DNA from: Balanoglossus misakiensis
Lineage: Eukaryota > Animalia > Hemichordata
Direction of reading: 5' to 3'
Length of the DNA stretch: 64,000 nt
Assembly: GCA_040954595.2 (NCBI GenBank)
Contig: CM082576.2
Coordinates: 5,306,760-5,370,759 of the forward strand
The position numbers were made by a program, and so were the translations under genes. The notes below the pieces were generated by a model. That model was given only the letters and a program-made list of their open reading frames with translations. It searched no databases and had not been told where the DNA came from. Shown piece after piece: positions 1 to 13,900 of the stretch (positions are counted from its first letter, which is position 1; each line of letters starts with the position of its first letter).

Positions 1-1049
1 TACTGTACCCCAGGGTGCGTTGATTTTCGCCTAGCCTAGCGCCTAGACATACAAACCATTGATAAATGCGAATATTACAAGAAAACATCCATTTAGGCAC
101 GCTTCATTATGAGTAATGTACGCATTACCAAATCAGCCTATACCCTGCATGTGTCAATTGGCTCAATTGGAGTCAAATCACTCTCACAATGTTGACCTAG
201 TTGTTTCTGTCTCATTCATGTTTCATTTCTCAAGGTCGTAAATTTTCTGCGGAATTTACGACGCTTTGTGTCTTGCCCACCGTGAAACGAACACGCTGAT
301 AAATTGAGCATGAAACTATTGGGCATGTAACTAAACTGTTCATTTCGGTATCTATAATAGGATATGCTAACACCATCAGGTGCTAGAGAAATGGTCTAAC
401 TAGCCGAGTCTACTTTTTTCTACGACTTGCCGTACATTTTTGGCATTTGGAGTAAACTAATTGTTTCTCATTTCCCCTCCCTTCCAACTAACTATAAGTC
501 CCTCAAAACGCACGCAACGTTCAATTATGTGATCACTTTTGGAGATCCCGAACGGTGCTGAAAGCACAGCACGAGGCTTTTTTGTGTCATGGAGAGGCTC
601 AAATAAGTGTATTGCATGCCAATCACATAAAAATGAGTTCATGACATTTGAAGAACTTCCGTGTCATCGAGTTTGACCCGAGCTCACATCCCGATCAATA
701 TGACTGACACGTAACAACTGACGGTCAACAGTAAACACATTCTGAAATCACAATCAATCTCTGTCGCCCATCGATCAATTTGATGGCAAGAGTGGAATGA
801 GGAGAAGTTCCGAGTTGTATATCAAAAGATTATATGAAGAAATCCGCGAAAGCATCAAATAAGAAATCGGACAGGTGGTTGGGGGTCCAGCTACCAAATG
901 TAAATCAGGATACGATAACACAGAAAACTTATTTCCTACAAAATCGTAGGCAAGCCATTGAAACCGACAAAATGCCAGGTGTTTCCATCCCACCCAAAAA
1001 CAACAACCACCACCACCACCACAACAACAACAAACAGACAAACCCAATA

Positions 1050-2190
1050 TGTTTTGAAGTTCGTGTGGTCGACAACTGGAGGATCTTTTTTATCAGGAAT
1101 TGGACATTTTAACAGAAGACGCCCATTGTGGTAAAGCTCCCTGTAAACCCAAGCTTACACATTGCATCAATCTTAAAAGTTGCCGATTCAATGGAAAGGG
1201 AAAGGTGTCCATGCCCCTGCAGTCACAAAGCATTATAGCGTTATAAGCGCTGCAGGATCATGAGAACGGTCATCTTGCCTCGAGCGCAAGTTCAAAGCAA
1301 TATGCGAGCCTCAAACAAACTCTAAATGGAACCGCACACACATTCGACGCAAGACGTCGAAAACAAGACGAAACCATCCAAGCATATGTCAACGACCTTT
1401 GGAAACAGATCCGTCACCTTGGTTGATTACAAGACGAATTAATTCCCGATCGGCTTGTTTGTAGGATGGCTAATGAAGTCTCCAGAAACCTCCCGCTTCG
1501 TGAACATGACCCCACACTTGCGAAAGTGATGCATGTACACATTTCTCGTGAGATTATATTTAATGAACAACGCCCGAGCATGGCTGTTCGAGACAACTTC
1601 CATATTGCAGAACTAACGTTAACCGCCAAAGAAAAAATCATTCACGAACAAAATATTTGGTCACAATCATTGACCTTTGGTGTAACTGAAAACAGGTTGA
1701 CGCCTGTTCACAGACAATGGCCTGAAACCAAAATGTAAAGGTGATAATTGAACTATCCCATCCAGGTCCATTATCACTGCAATCTTTCCTGGGGGGTGGT
1801 TAGGTCCATTAACACTGCAAGGATTTTAAAATGGGTATAGCCATCTTTTAAGAAGCCGATAAAGGTGACATAGGGAACTACGAAAGAAACAACAACAAAA
1901 AGATTGCATTTCAACAAGTCAGCAAAACAGCCACCACCATTGCCACCGCAACGCCGACAAACACAGAAAGGCCACAAAACATCCATTCGTCACCCGAGGT
2001 GTTGCCAGGCAACCGAAACTCTCCGCAGTAAAGATTGAAACCGAGGAAGGCAGACGGAACTGGAGACACACCGCCAGTTTCAGAGTCATCAATAAAGAAG
2101 GCAAACAACGCTTTGAAAATGTAATTGTGATCATTGCGACCCCAACTTCATATATCATTAATGAAGGACGTTTTAAAAATGCAAAATAGA
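1050..2190 (+). mobile_element. Decayed Ty3/Gypsy-type LTR retrotransposon remnant (gag and integrase-tail fragments); boundaries approximate
   Basis: 1337..1552 translates to HTFDARRRKQDETIQAYVNDLWKQIRHLG*LQDELIPDRLVCRMANEVSRNLPLREHDPTLAKVM, resembling the Gypsy gag signature F..R.Q...E....Y...L...D.LI.DR.V.G......R..LLRE..LTL.K. There is a VVDNWRIF segment near 1065, and KIETEEGRRNWRH at 2031..2069 resembles the Gypsy integrase C-terminus. Stops and frameshifts are present. Confidence 0.68.
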
Positions 2191-5100
2191 AAAAAATACC
2201 ATACGAGGATGTCAATTACTGCGATTGAAATCGAATTAAGAGAAATGTAGCATTCGTGATGTCCTTCATTTACATGCTAATTGTAGATTTGAAATTCGAT
2301 GAAATGTTAAGGTGGAATTAAATTAAATTCAGGACTTCAGAAAATGGACATTACCGCGGAAATGATCAATATATTGGCGACAGGGGTACTCCTGGTCTAT
2401 TAGAGCGTATAGTCAGTACAACAAAGTGCGCAATCGTTTCCATCCAAGTGCATGTATGTGGAACGTGATGAATGTAACATTGTATATCTGCAGGAAGTGG
2501 CTGCACGTCTAGAAGACGAATCACACCTGCGATGGGATTCAGGCTTTGCAATTGTAAATAAAGCATAAGTACATCGATTCTTAACAGCGAATTAGGTTAT
2601 TAAGCGCGTACAAAGCCAAAGTCGGATGGCGACAGTTGTGGGCTATAGCTTTCGCGCAGTATCACCAACTCCAGCATACAAATGTATATTTTAAGACATG
2701 TTTTTTTCGAAATGTTTTGTTTGGACGTTCGTTAGATCAGTTGCAACCTTATTAGAATTCAACGACACGAAGATATCAACTGCGTTCAAAGGAGGAGTGA
2801 TTAGTTTCCCCGGCAACCGCGAATAGTCCAGCAACAGATCACGGTCGCGTTGAAAATGATTTCAACATTTGTCAAAATGTAATAGCTTTGTCCTTCCTTT
2901 CAAATTTATTTATAGTAATTGGAAGAACTTCGTCCTTCATCTCTCACGTATCATTTAATAGTGTCCTTTGTGCATTTCTCCATGAAAAGATGATTTTTTC
3001 CCCTTTCTCGTTAGCCAGAATGTGTTAAACCGAATTAAATTTCACATAGTTCGAGAATTGACTACAAGTATGTGTTGATTATCAGACGACTCATGCATGG
3101 GCGGGGGGGGGGGGGGTTAAAACTTGTCGCGTTGCATAGGTAGCATAGAAAATGCAAGACCTCGCTCGGGACTGGAAAGCAAGGCAGAATCTTAATACCG
3201 TAAATGGTCATTTCTTAGTCGCACTTGAGCGTGCATCACGTCTTAAGCAGATTGCTGGAGATTAAAATGATAAATGTACGCTCTATATGACGTATTCGTG
3301 TGGCCACAGTCATGAAAGCACCCGCCTAATACCAAGGGAAGTCGAAAATTAGTCAATGTATTAAATAGTGTACAAATGTAATTGTACCTGAGGGACGGAA
3401 TCAGCGAAGGTGTTAAAATTTCGTCTGATCAATCTTTGCGATCCATTATTCGTATTATAGGCACGTGTCCGCGGAAGTTGTAGACCCGCGGGTCGCAGAC
3501 TTCGTAGATCCCAGAAGAAGTCCGTCCGAGAAGTGGAACTCTCGCGTCGCTAACACGTTTCCGCGAGCATAGTGAGCATAAACATGTATACTAGTGACTT
3601 ATCGTTTTCCGACCAGCTGGGATCAGACGGCAGTTTTCAGTTACCGCGCGAATACGGCAAAATGAACACCTGCTAAACGCGTCGACTTAAATGCCAATTG
3701 CCAAATGAAGTGGTCGATTAATGGAAGTATCATTGAATAGCTGAATGGCCATCCAGGCTTTCCGCTTCTAGCGACGAACAGGAACACGTCATACTTTCAA
3801 ACTGCGGCGACGAGAAAACCTCGTCGCCTAGTAATTTGTTAGGGATTACTTCCAAACAGGATGTCGAGAAATGAACGGACGGCAGAAGTCCTTCAAAACC
3901 GACAGATGATAAAATACAGCCCACTTCATTTTTCCAGTTTAATTGAAAACAACTAAATTGCTTTTTCACGCCCTACCTAATAGACATGCATACTTCATGA
4001 CTTTGACACGTTCTAAGGATTTTACCAGACGTATTCTAGAGGGTCGACGCGAACGAATGGTGTCATTAAAAAATAAGTATTTTTATGATCTTGCTTTCAA
4101 TTTAAAATTAGATCGTGCAAATATACTAACTTTGGCGTATACAAGCATTTTACTAATAAAACGATGACTTGGACTGCAGGTCCGAGTTCGAACAAATAAA
4201 TACTACTGTAATACACATGTCACGTGCCCCTACTCAAAAATGGTTGCCTCATATAGGTACTGCAACCACAAAAATGACAGGAAAATTATTTATTGCAGCT
4301 ACGCAAAATATGTATTTGGGCATATTGACAGACATATTGCTGTCAATAACATGCAATTCATTAGTATAGTTAATCGCGACATAGGGGAATATAATAATGA
4401 AACGTGACATTAATTAATTGATATGTGATGTACGCCGTGAGAGAATGCAATTAAATTGGATATAATTGAACGATCTCGCCATCACTGTGTCCTTGCAAAC
4501 GTATACGGGGGTGTATACACGCCAGACGCGAAGCGGGTGAATGACATATATGGACAGACTGTAAAGCCATCTTATGAAAGCGACGAGCGGATATGCCAAT
4601 CTATAGCCAACTTTTTGATGATAATTACGCTACAGATCTCTTTTCATGCCGAGATACACCTCTGAATCGACACTGTCTATAGCAACATCTACGAGTGGAG
4701 TATTACAGGTTTTTGATGTCCAGTACAGCCGAAACATACGTTGTAAAAAACGCCTTTTTGTTTACTTCACCACAAACGTTCGCTCAATTCACGTATTGGT
4801 AATTACTTTACAAGAAACTGATTGGTCTTTCTTAATTGAACATCACTTTCCTACATCAATAACTCTTACAGTTATAATGAAGTTTGAAATTGATCCTCCA
4901 AATTAATCGCCGTTAAGAAAGATTGGTTGAAGTAAACAAAGCAGCAGCTCAGAGACCCGGCGCTTTTGAATGGCTGTCAATACTGGCATATGATGAATGT
5001 TTGTTGCAAGGTTTATCATCAAGTCTCATGTATCCATCTCGCCTATAAATATCTACATGTAATTTTAACGCTAATTGGCCATGAAATTTAAAAGTGCTCA

Positions 5101-5843
5101 CTTGACATTTACCAAGCACATACACGTTCTAAATATGACATATTAAATTTTGAACACGCACAGACAGAAAGAAAAACATTTGAATCCTTTACGTGTATGC
5201 TCTCGGAAAATAATGGTTGCGATGCTCACTTTGGTGGAGACTGAGAGCGACTTTGCCACCCTAAATCCAGTCCATTTCGTTGAGAAGAAAAATAATGTAC
5301 ATCGAGTCACAATGTAACAAGCGGTTTCTGATATGTACGAAATAACGACGATTACAGTCAGTATCGAATGTCAATTTCAGTGTCCTTCTGGAGTAGAGTT
5401 TTCCGTACATTGATAGCCACATTTTTACCCCAGTTCTCCAGGGTTTTATTACTATAGGTAAACGTCTTATTTCGTTGTATCCTATAAACCAGGTGAAAAT
5501 AAGCTTACAATTACTTACACACGTACATGTAAGTACATAGGCCTACCCAGCTTGTGGACACAACCTGCCCATGTTCAGAAACAGGTCACGCATCACTGAT
5601 TTACTTTTGAATTTTAACAGACAATAAAAAACGACTTCATATTATTCAGTTCATATCACCACTATTTTTCTTGCTCAGTTTGAACAAAAAACATGATCCT
5701 CAACAGTGTCATTTATAGTGCAACAAATCATTTCCTAATGGTAGTTGGGTTAACGGTAACTATGGCACAATAGCCCATGATAGTATATTTCCAGGTAATA
5801 TGAAAATTCTAACATTTTACCCTTTTCGCGTCATTTCCTGCAG

Positions 5844-6072
5844 GATGTTCGATACTCACCCGGAAACGAGACAATTTTTCGGATTCTCAGACAACTCAGC
5901 CCTGTCTGAAGATCCCAATCATATAAAACGTCTGCGAGAGCACGGGCTGAGATTCATGAGTCTGCTGAAGAAACTTATGACCTGCATCAACGACAAAGAA
6001 CGCTTCGATAGTATTCTGCTAAATCTCGGCAAGCGTCATGTCCACTACAAGGCAGACGTCGATCTCGTTGAC
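5844..6072 (+). CDS. Globin 1 exon 2 (end of helix B to G6)
   Basis: Acceptor ttcctgcag|G, donor GAC|gtaagt, 229 nt. Encodes MFDTHPETRQFF(CD1)...REH(E7)GLRFM...LGKRH(F8)VHYKADVDLVD. Confidence 0.92.
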
Positions 6073-8782
6073 GTAAGTATACACCTGACTTGCGCGATTT
6101 GATGGGAAACCTTTATCGAAACCTATATTAATGTTCACAGAAGATAAGTACATGACTGAATGGTTGAAGTCGCTATCACAATGGTCTATGACTGGTGTAA
6201 TTCGGCACAATTTGGCCCAGTTCGTTTATGTACCAAGGTCAAAAAAGGTCTGTTCCTTCAAATTCAATTTGCGACAATGCGTTGAAATAAAGGTTAAAGC
6301 GATGACGTCTCTAATGTGCAACTTAAAACTTTCAAATTAGGTTCTCTCGAAGGAACTACACACCAAGGGAGCACAAGCAAAACTACTTCTCCCATATCAC
6401 AAATTTCTGTCAAGGAAATTAATCACTTTTTCATATGGCTTTCAGATAAAACCGTCGTCGTTATGCCACTCCTTACGAAGATAGCAAAGTATGTGGTGGT
6501 ATACACACACTTACCGATTTGCAGTCATAACATGTCTCAAGATAAGAAAGAAAACCTTTCAGATTACTTTAAAAAATAAATGGACTTTGACTGAAATAGT
6601 ACCACAGAATGATGCTATCACTGTCTGTGGCTTGCATCCAGCGGTACAAATTGTCATTTGATAAGCAAACAGTAATGACATGGCCAACCCCTCAGGTTGT
6701 AACAGTAAACGTTTCGGAAACGTACCCCGTCCAGAGTTTGGATGAACAGAAATTGACCGTGTGGCGCACTTTGCATTCGCGTTCTGGACCTCGTCCAGTA
6801 AAATAGATTAGAACTGCTAATGTAAAGTTATTGTTTTGAACAGTTCTGAAGAGAAAAAAACCCGACGCTATGAGTGATTTATCTGACGGCATGCTTCAAC
6901 TCAACATCAGGAACCTTTGCTCAAAAAAGAATTCCGAAGATTGCAATCTTAACCATTGACCTTTCTGTGAATTTTCTGATAACTTCTGCTTTAAGATCGA
7001 TCGCATAAGTGATTTGGTGGATGACAAGACGTGCAGTACTGAAATCTTAAGATAAGCCACGATGAAGATTGGATTTTGTCATCGGGTCGTGCATATGTGT
7101 TCAGCCCTAATACACTTTGTTGTACAGTGCTTTTCAAACAGAGATCAGGGTGTTATTTTCGTTAATGTTGAAAACACACGGAAGCAGGATTGATCAATCT
7201 CTGTCGCCCTGACTTCTTGTTTAGCCAACGACATCCCGGGAGAAGCCTGTCTGAATCTATAAGACGCTCGAAAGACATCTCTCACTGTGACAGCTTGGTG
7301 CGCGAAATGCGCGCGAGTGCGCAAGGGCAAACAGCAAACAATGCAGTCAAGAATGCATAACACACGCAGCCTGTGTCAGAACACTCCGATGTATTCAGTT
7401 CACATCTGGCCGGGGTTTAAATGCGCGGAATGACTACAAAATAACGTGTAATGTGTCCGCACGCACTTCACAGTTAGACGATGGACATTAAATCCCGTGA
7501 AATGCGTTGAACTTAAGTGTTTAAAAGCACACAATAATTAACGTTGCCCCTGGTTGGCAATTATCGGCGATAAACGAAGATATAGTATACTTGCCGATCG
7601 AGTATGCGTCATTTGTCGCACTGATAGAACACAATAGTCCGTGACTTAGTTAAAGTCAACGTACTACACACAGCTACGGGTTTTATTACTTTAGAGTGTG
7701 GGCCGGTGAACATTGAAATTCGAAACAGGATCATGTTATCATTTAGGTCCTATCCTACGGCTACGTGTTTGACTATCTGTATATGTCTCACAGGAAAGGA
7801 TAATTGATCTTTCTGTGATTCCCCGAGGTGCTTCCCATATAGGTTGTTGATTTTATCGACAATGTTGTGAATTGTCTATGTGTTCGTGTTTCCTTTCTTT
7901 ACATTACTCCTTTGGGGTGAATGCTGTAGAATTACAAAAATGAATGGACGCGTACCGATTTTAGATATGTGGATTTGGTGAACTGTGCTAGTGGCGATGT
8001 CGTCCAAACATGCCAGTTAGGGTTAGTTTGTTCCAAATCCATTGTTTCTATGTTAAAATTCGACCTCCATTTAGGAAAATGGGTGTATCTATCCTAAGAC
8101 GGTTCCCCAGAAGACGCAGGCAACTTATTCTTTCGTTTTCAAAGCTACACAGTCTCACTATGGTTGCATTTATACATGTGGAGTTCAAAATTAAATATAA
8201 TACATTTTATTTTATCCAACCGTGAACTGATTATGTTAGAATAGGTTTTAGACCTTTTCTTAAACCCGAAGGTTTCAAGATTTGAAAGAAGAACAAAACG
8301 TCTCCGGAAGCAGGAATGCATCCTGTTTTCACGGAAGATCAATCAAACCAAACTGTTATCATAATGGATAAACATTACGCATTAAGTAGCAGAATTCAGT
8401 TAAATGAGTTATTATTCCATTTAGTTTCTTCATTAAAATCTGCAAAAGCAGTCTTGGCCGAAGGGAATATTGGGAACTCCCGAGGGCTTGCAGTTTTCAA
8501 GTCATTTGCAAAACCATAATTGCATTTCCTGGTGTCTTTCGATTAATTACGCACATGAATGCGAGTTACACGAAATTAAGGTATGGTCAAAAGAAGTTGC
8601 GTGCAGCGAAGTGTAGCGGTTATAATATTTCATATCAAATATTAAGCTTTTCCATCTGCAAATCCGATGCCTTTGACAGAGACGATAATGATAAAGCATT
8701 CTACGTGAGAGTTCATTAAATCATGCAATATGTATTTTCATGATTCACGAGTTGTTATCTGATTTTCTATTTATTACTACAG

Positions 8783-8947
8783 TTGTTTGGGGAGCAGTTC
8801 GTGATTTCCATAAGACCAGCGCTGAAGCATAGCTGGAATCCGAAAGTCGAAGAAGCGTGGACGCAACTCTTCAAACATATTGCTGGCATGATGAAACGAG
8901 GAATGTTGGAAAATGAAAACGATATGGCGCCCTCTACAAAGAAATGA
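8783..8947 (+). CDS. Globin 1 exon 3 (helices G and H)
   Basis: Acceptor ttactacag|TTG. Encodes LFGEQFVISIRPALKHSWNPKVEEAWTQLFKHIAGMMKRGMLENENDMAPSTKK, TGA at 8945-8947. Not in the ORF track because it lacks a start codon. Confidence 0.92.
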   Translation: MFGEQFVISIRPALKHSWNPKVEEAWTQLFKHIAGMMKRGMLENENDMAPSTKK

Positions 8948-9540
8948 CTGATCGCCTTCTGTTTTTTTTCATGAAGTCGACCTCCAGGTGGTGCTACAAC
9001 AGAGCAAAGTACACGTCCTCTTTGTGGATTGTAAATGACAATCTGCATCGAGGTATAGTCTAGCTGTTCCTTTCAGACTGCGGGTGAAAACTAACCGACT
9101 TCACACGAACCACCAAGCCTCCGCTTTTAACGTAACCATTAATAAGCACTTTCAGGGAAAATGTCATTTGTCGCAAAAAACACACACACCAAATTTACAT
9201 GTCACAGGTATACATGTATTACCTTTAGTGCCTATATTGTATGAATATTTTTGTAACTATGAACGTCACCAGGAAATGCACACAACCATGTAAAGTCTAT
9301 TTACGTCTTCGCGGGTTTTCTTTCACATTCCCATTCTAGTACATTATATTTGTAAATGTCTGTAAATTACACACATTTGGTAATGTTCTGCGTCAGTGCT
9401 AACACGTCCTTCACTTAGTCGCCTAACCAGCGTTAGTAAACGTTGGGAAAATTTGTAACCGCCACCCTCGAAGATTGTTCTGAACAAGGAATTTTAACTG
9501 CATCGATTGACAGTTAAAGGTCAGATTATCATCTTCTTGT

Positions 9541-9546
9541 AATAAA
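9541..9546 (+). promoter_or_regulatory. Candidate polyadenylation signal of globin 1
   Basis: AATAAA about 600 nt after the stop codon. Confidence 0.45.
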
Positions 9547-10741
9547 GCTGTACATTATGGCTACCACACGTTGTGATGCATTTCAATAATCTGTCATTTG
9601 CAAGGAAAATGTACCCATATATTTCGTATGCTCCCAATATGTCAAATTAGAAAGCGCCCTCAATGTCCCTCCGAACTCTACCTTTTACTCGCAAACCGCG
9701 CGACAGTTGATTCTGTAGCAATCTGCACTGAACTAAATTATAGAGGTTTATGCAAACATTACATTTGAAATTCAATATTTACAGAACATTGTAAAATATT
9801 CGCAGAAATAGTACGCATACCGAATTAACTTTATCTAAGAATGGCATTATTCTACCACACGCACTCCTGGCGCCAAAGTCATCTGAGCCGTCTCATAAAC
9901 TTCTTGAGAAGAGGCGGTATACGCCCAGCATTTTTTCTGTCTAAAGTGCACTACGTTTATGATTTGTGAAAGTTACCAATTAAGCTAAATACGACACTTT
10001 AAACTTTAACATTTAGCTAAGACGGAAAGCAAGCTGCGGAACATAACAGGGCAGAAACCAGGGGGCTCGGATCAACTTAGCGTTAACCTTCGACCTTTCG
10101 CTGCCCTATCCAATAGTCGGACAATGAAGTATTCGGCGCGTGCGTATTCCAGAGATTGACCTCGACAAATACTTCAAGGTCAATATCGAGTTTATGTATT
10201 CCATCCATGGAAACATCGTATCTAACGACGAACACGGGATCGCCTACCGATAAACTTGCCAATAATTAGATGTCTCAGAAAAAAGACGATGTCACCAGTT
10301 TTGACTCGACAGAGACTGATGTGTTGTCTTAATTGCATGCATAGGTTAGTAGAATTTTTCACCTCGCTTTGACTTTAAACCGTAAACACCGTAAGCTTCT
10401 TTTCGTGAACATGATACGGTAAATATCGTTACCTTAATTTAATTGGAAGCAAATCAGCACATCTCCTGCGGATAATAGCAACGTGATAAACCTTTCAGGG
10501 CCGTGATAGTTCGAGGCGCGAACAACTGGCGCGAATGCGTCACTGCATAAAAGATAAAAGACAAAAGGCTCGATCTGGTTTCTCCTGGCATTCACATGTG
10601 GGGGTGGTTTGGGGCAGAGATAGCAATCGCCGGGTAAACGCATGGGGTAAGCATTCACCGACAGCGGTTTATATCGGTACACCCTCGTTGTACACGCCCC
10701 CGTTCCATATCAACGCCAACGCTCGATCTCTTCTGCGTGGA

Positions 10742-10902
10742 ATGGGCAACAGTCCGGCGGCACGGTTCGGGAGGGCGTGTTCCCTGACAGGCTCGCCCGA
10801 AGCAGCGCCGGTGTTGACGAAAGAGCACGAGAAGATTTTGGTTCAGACTTGGCAGAGTATTCGAGGAGACCTGGAAAGAATTGGTCTGCTGATGTTCACG
10901 GG
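10742..10902 (+). CDS. Globin 2 exon 1
   Basis: Encodes MGNSPAARFGRACSLTGSPEAAPVLTKEHEKILVQTWQSIRGDLERIGLLMFT plus GG|gtaagt. Contains the A-helix LT..E..IL..TW motif and Gly2. Confidence 0.9.
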
Positions 10903-13900
10903 GTAAGTATACCACATCGCTAAATATTTCTGTAGTCAGTCTATAGCCATGAGAAGTTGCATGGCTCGCCAAGGCCGAAGTTTCAGAGATATTACGCTGG
11001 ATCCAGATATCGTCTTCAATCTGATAACGCAGCAGATAAAAAGTTTAAAGGACGTGTTTGCTGGCGGGCTATACATGACTTTGTCAACTAATATCCTTTT
11101 ATGAAACCCAAATCGTTCAATTACGATAAAACTATAGAGCTATTGTCGCTTTTGCGGTATGCATAATAATCTCGTGCACGGCGGATATGAAACGCTTGCT
11201 TTCCAATTTGACCGTAATTTTCCGGGTCATTTCAATTTCGACGCCGAGTGATTGTTATGGTACAAGGTTAGGATTATCCCCGAGACGATGGCGCCATTGA
11301 CAGTGGTGATGGTACTTTATTTTTCAAATGGCTAACAAAGGTTACTGCGCTTTTATTACTTACGCCCTGAGCTCGCGGGTAGCCGGGAATATTTATGCTG
11401 TTAGGTAATTAGCTCAAATGACAGAAGTACGTGTTGGAGTATTGGTGGGTTTTGTTTAGCGTCCGTTTCCGTGTGGACAGGGTTATATTTTTGTGTTTTT
11501 ATTGGTAATAATTTTACATATTGGCCCGATGACTGCGGCTGGTCTGGTAGAGTTAGATGTGATGATTAGGGTCACGGTCAGCTTGAAATTAAAAAAAAAC
11601 CCACGTTGATATCGGGAATCGGAAATAACATTCATAGAATTGAGCATTATCCACGGATCCTTGACCGAGTTAAGTTCACCGTTCACCGTGACATGATTAA
11701 AACTGATTTCCATTGAAAAGATAATATCTTTGCAATAAATATGCGACTGGCCTCAATGCACCGCCATGTGGCCGCGATGTCAGCCACCATCAGCTTTAAC
11801 AATGTCACAGTGGAGATTTCTAGGGAATTAATACATTACTAGTATCAGTGATCTGGGCATTAAAAGCCAAACGGATTTCTGCGAACCGAAAACCGCAGAA
11901 AATGTGTCTTATGTGGTGTAAATTAAGAATTTTATAGAATTGGTATTTAAAAGAAAAGACAAAAATGATTATTTCTACAGAAAATTCTAATGGTACTTCT
12001 GAACATTAATGCGCAAGTTAAACGGCAAACGTGTCGTTATGGAGAAAACCGAAAAAATCAAATTGGCCGAAAGCACGTAAAGCAGAAGATTTATAACCGT
12101 TAGCCTGAACTTATCTAGACATGAACAGTGTGCTTGACCGTATTCTCTTGCTTTGAACTTGAAATTCAAGAGCTACTATCCGACGGGAGTGTTTCATTGA
12201 GTTTCAAAGAAGAGCTTAAAATAAAAAGTGGTTTCTACCTAAAAATGTTTAGGCTTTCTGTTCAAGCCGACAGCTGTACATGTCATTCAGGTTTGTCTGT
12301 CTCTTACCCACTTTACTGTATACATTCGCGATCGGCTATAGGATAGTTTACAGCATGCACTTAGACTGCCAAACCAGATTCAAATAACCAGAATGAAGGA
12401 GATTGAAATTCAGTTAACATTAAGTGACCATGGTGTATGCACACGCTCGATTTACATTCAGAATTGTTATATGTGTGTCACCGAGAAGTGTAGGCAAATG
12501 TATCTCAAATGGCACATAGACACACGTTGGACATTAATCGAATATCATGAGGCTAGAGTATAGGTAAACGGCTGTTTTACCTTTTTTGACATTCTGTTCT
12601 ATTTAGGCTTGTACAATATTGCCGAGTGCAACTGTCAAGTTGGCTCAAAATAAGTGCAGGCTGGATGTGACAGATCCGTTGAAGCAGAAACGTCGGGGTA
12701 TTTAGGCTATGGATGTATAATCACTGTCGCGGCAATCTACTGTGTAGGGGTTGTGTGTACGTTGTTAAACGCACTGGGAAAGGAACAGCAGCTTCCGCGC
12801 GGTCGTCGATGGTGAAAATAGTAACAACCGACTTATGATGAACTGTTTTAACACACAAAATCAAGCATCAGGGGGATACGTCTGTGACTGACAAGCTGAA
12901 GTGCAGTATCAAATGGTTCTATGAGAGGGATATGCTGTCCACCAGCTTAGAAATTGCGTATATAATTTAACGTTATGTATTTCTCCATCTCGCAATCTTG
13001 AATGGTTTTAATTTGGTGGCCATTGTGCCTCGTTTCCCACGGTTGTACCTTTCGTCGTAAACTACGACCTCTTTACGGCAACAGTTTCTGAGTTGCCTTC
13101 TCTCCGTGGAGCGGAGGTAGACTCGCGAGAATGGGGTTTTCCCACGGCCGTGTGCACTAACGTCATCAGCGGGCATGTGACTGTTAAGTGAAGAGACTAA
13201 TGGCAGCATTCGTCAGTTGACACCATTAGAAGCATCCGGAAAATATTTCATTCGTTTAGGCTTAAAAATTGAATTCGATTCCGTGTACAAAGGTGGCTAT
13301 TTGCACGCTATTGATAGTCAAAGTTAATGGGATTAAATAATCATTGACGGGATATGTTGGGTGGGAAGGCTAAATTCCTTCTGTTCACGGTTGAAGTAGC
13401 AAATATGACAAAAAGATGTATTTCCGTGCAAACTACTGACATAATCTGCTTTTGAAAATTGAGTTTCCAGGAGGAATTATATCATGAACATGTACATCGG
13501 GGCATATTTATTTCATTACAATCACTCAAAACTGGCGAGCGATAATACATTTAAAGAAAGACAAATTTCTTGAATATGAATGGATGGATGGATGGATGGC
13601 TCGCTTGGTGACTAGCTGGCTGGCAGACAGACTGTCTTTCCTTAATTGAAACCGTATACCCATCCATTTTCCAAAAACATAGGTCAAAAATCACAATCAC
13701 TCCTGGCCAGTTACACAAAACAATACAGCACATCACGGACTATCAACAAATCATACGAAACAAAGTGAATTCCAGTTAAGTCCTTTACCTGCATTATTTG
13801 TGACATCCAATGTGTTAATGTAAGTCTTTGAATTCTTCTGCAAATTATATAAGTTGAAACGTACAACGCCACCCTTGAAGAAAATTTGGCATGGGACTAT

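Larger units (their letters stand above)
5844..8947 (+). other. Globin gene 1 (globin X-like), 5'-partial: exons 2 and 3 only, join(5844..6072,8783..8947)
   Basis: Two globin-coding exons joined by a GT..AG intron (6073..8782). I found no exon-1 motif (W..I..DLE.IG..MF.G|gt) in 1..5843, so exon 1 is probably upstream of the window. Confidence 0.88.

Noticed and set aside
753-7209. 17-bp match atcaatctctgtcgccc at 753..769 and 7193..7209
   Set aside because: The flanks do not extend the match, so it does not support an LTR pair or a duplication.
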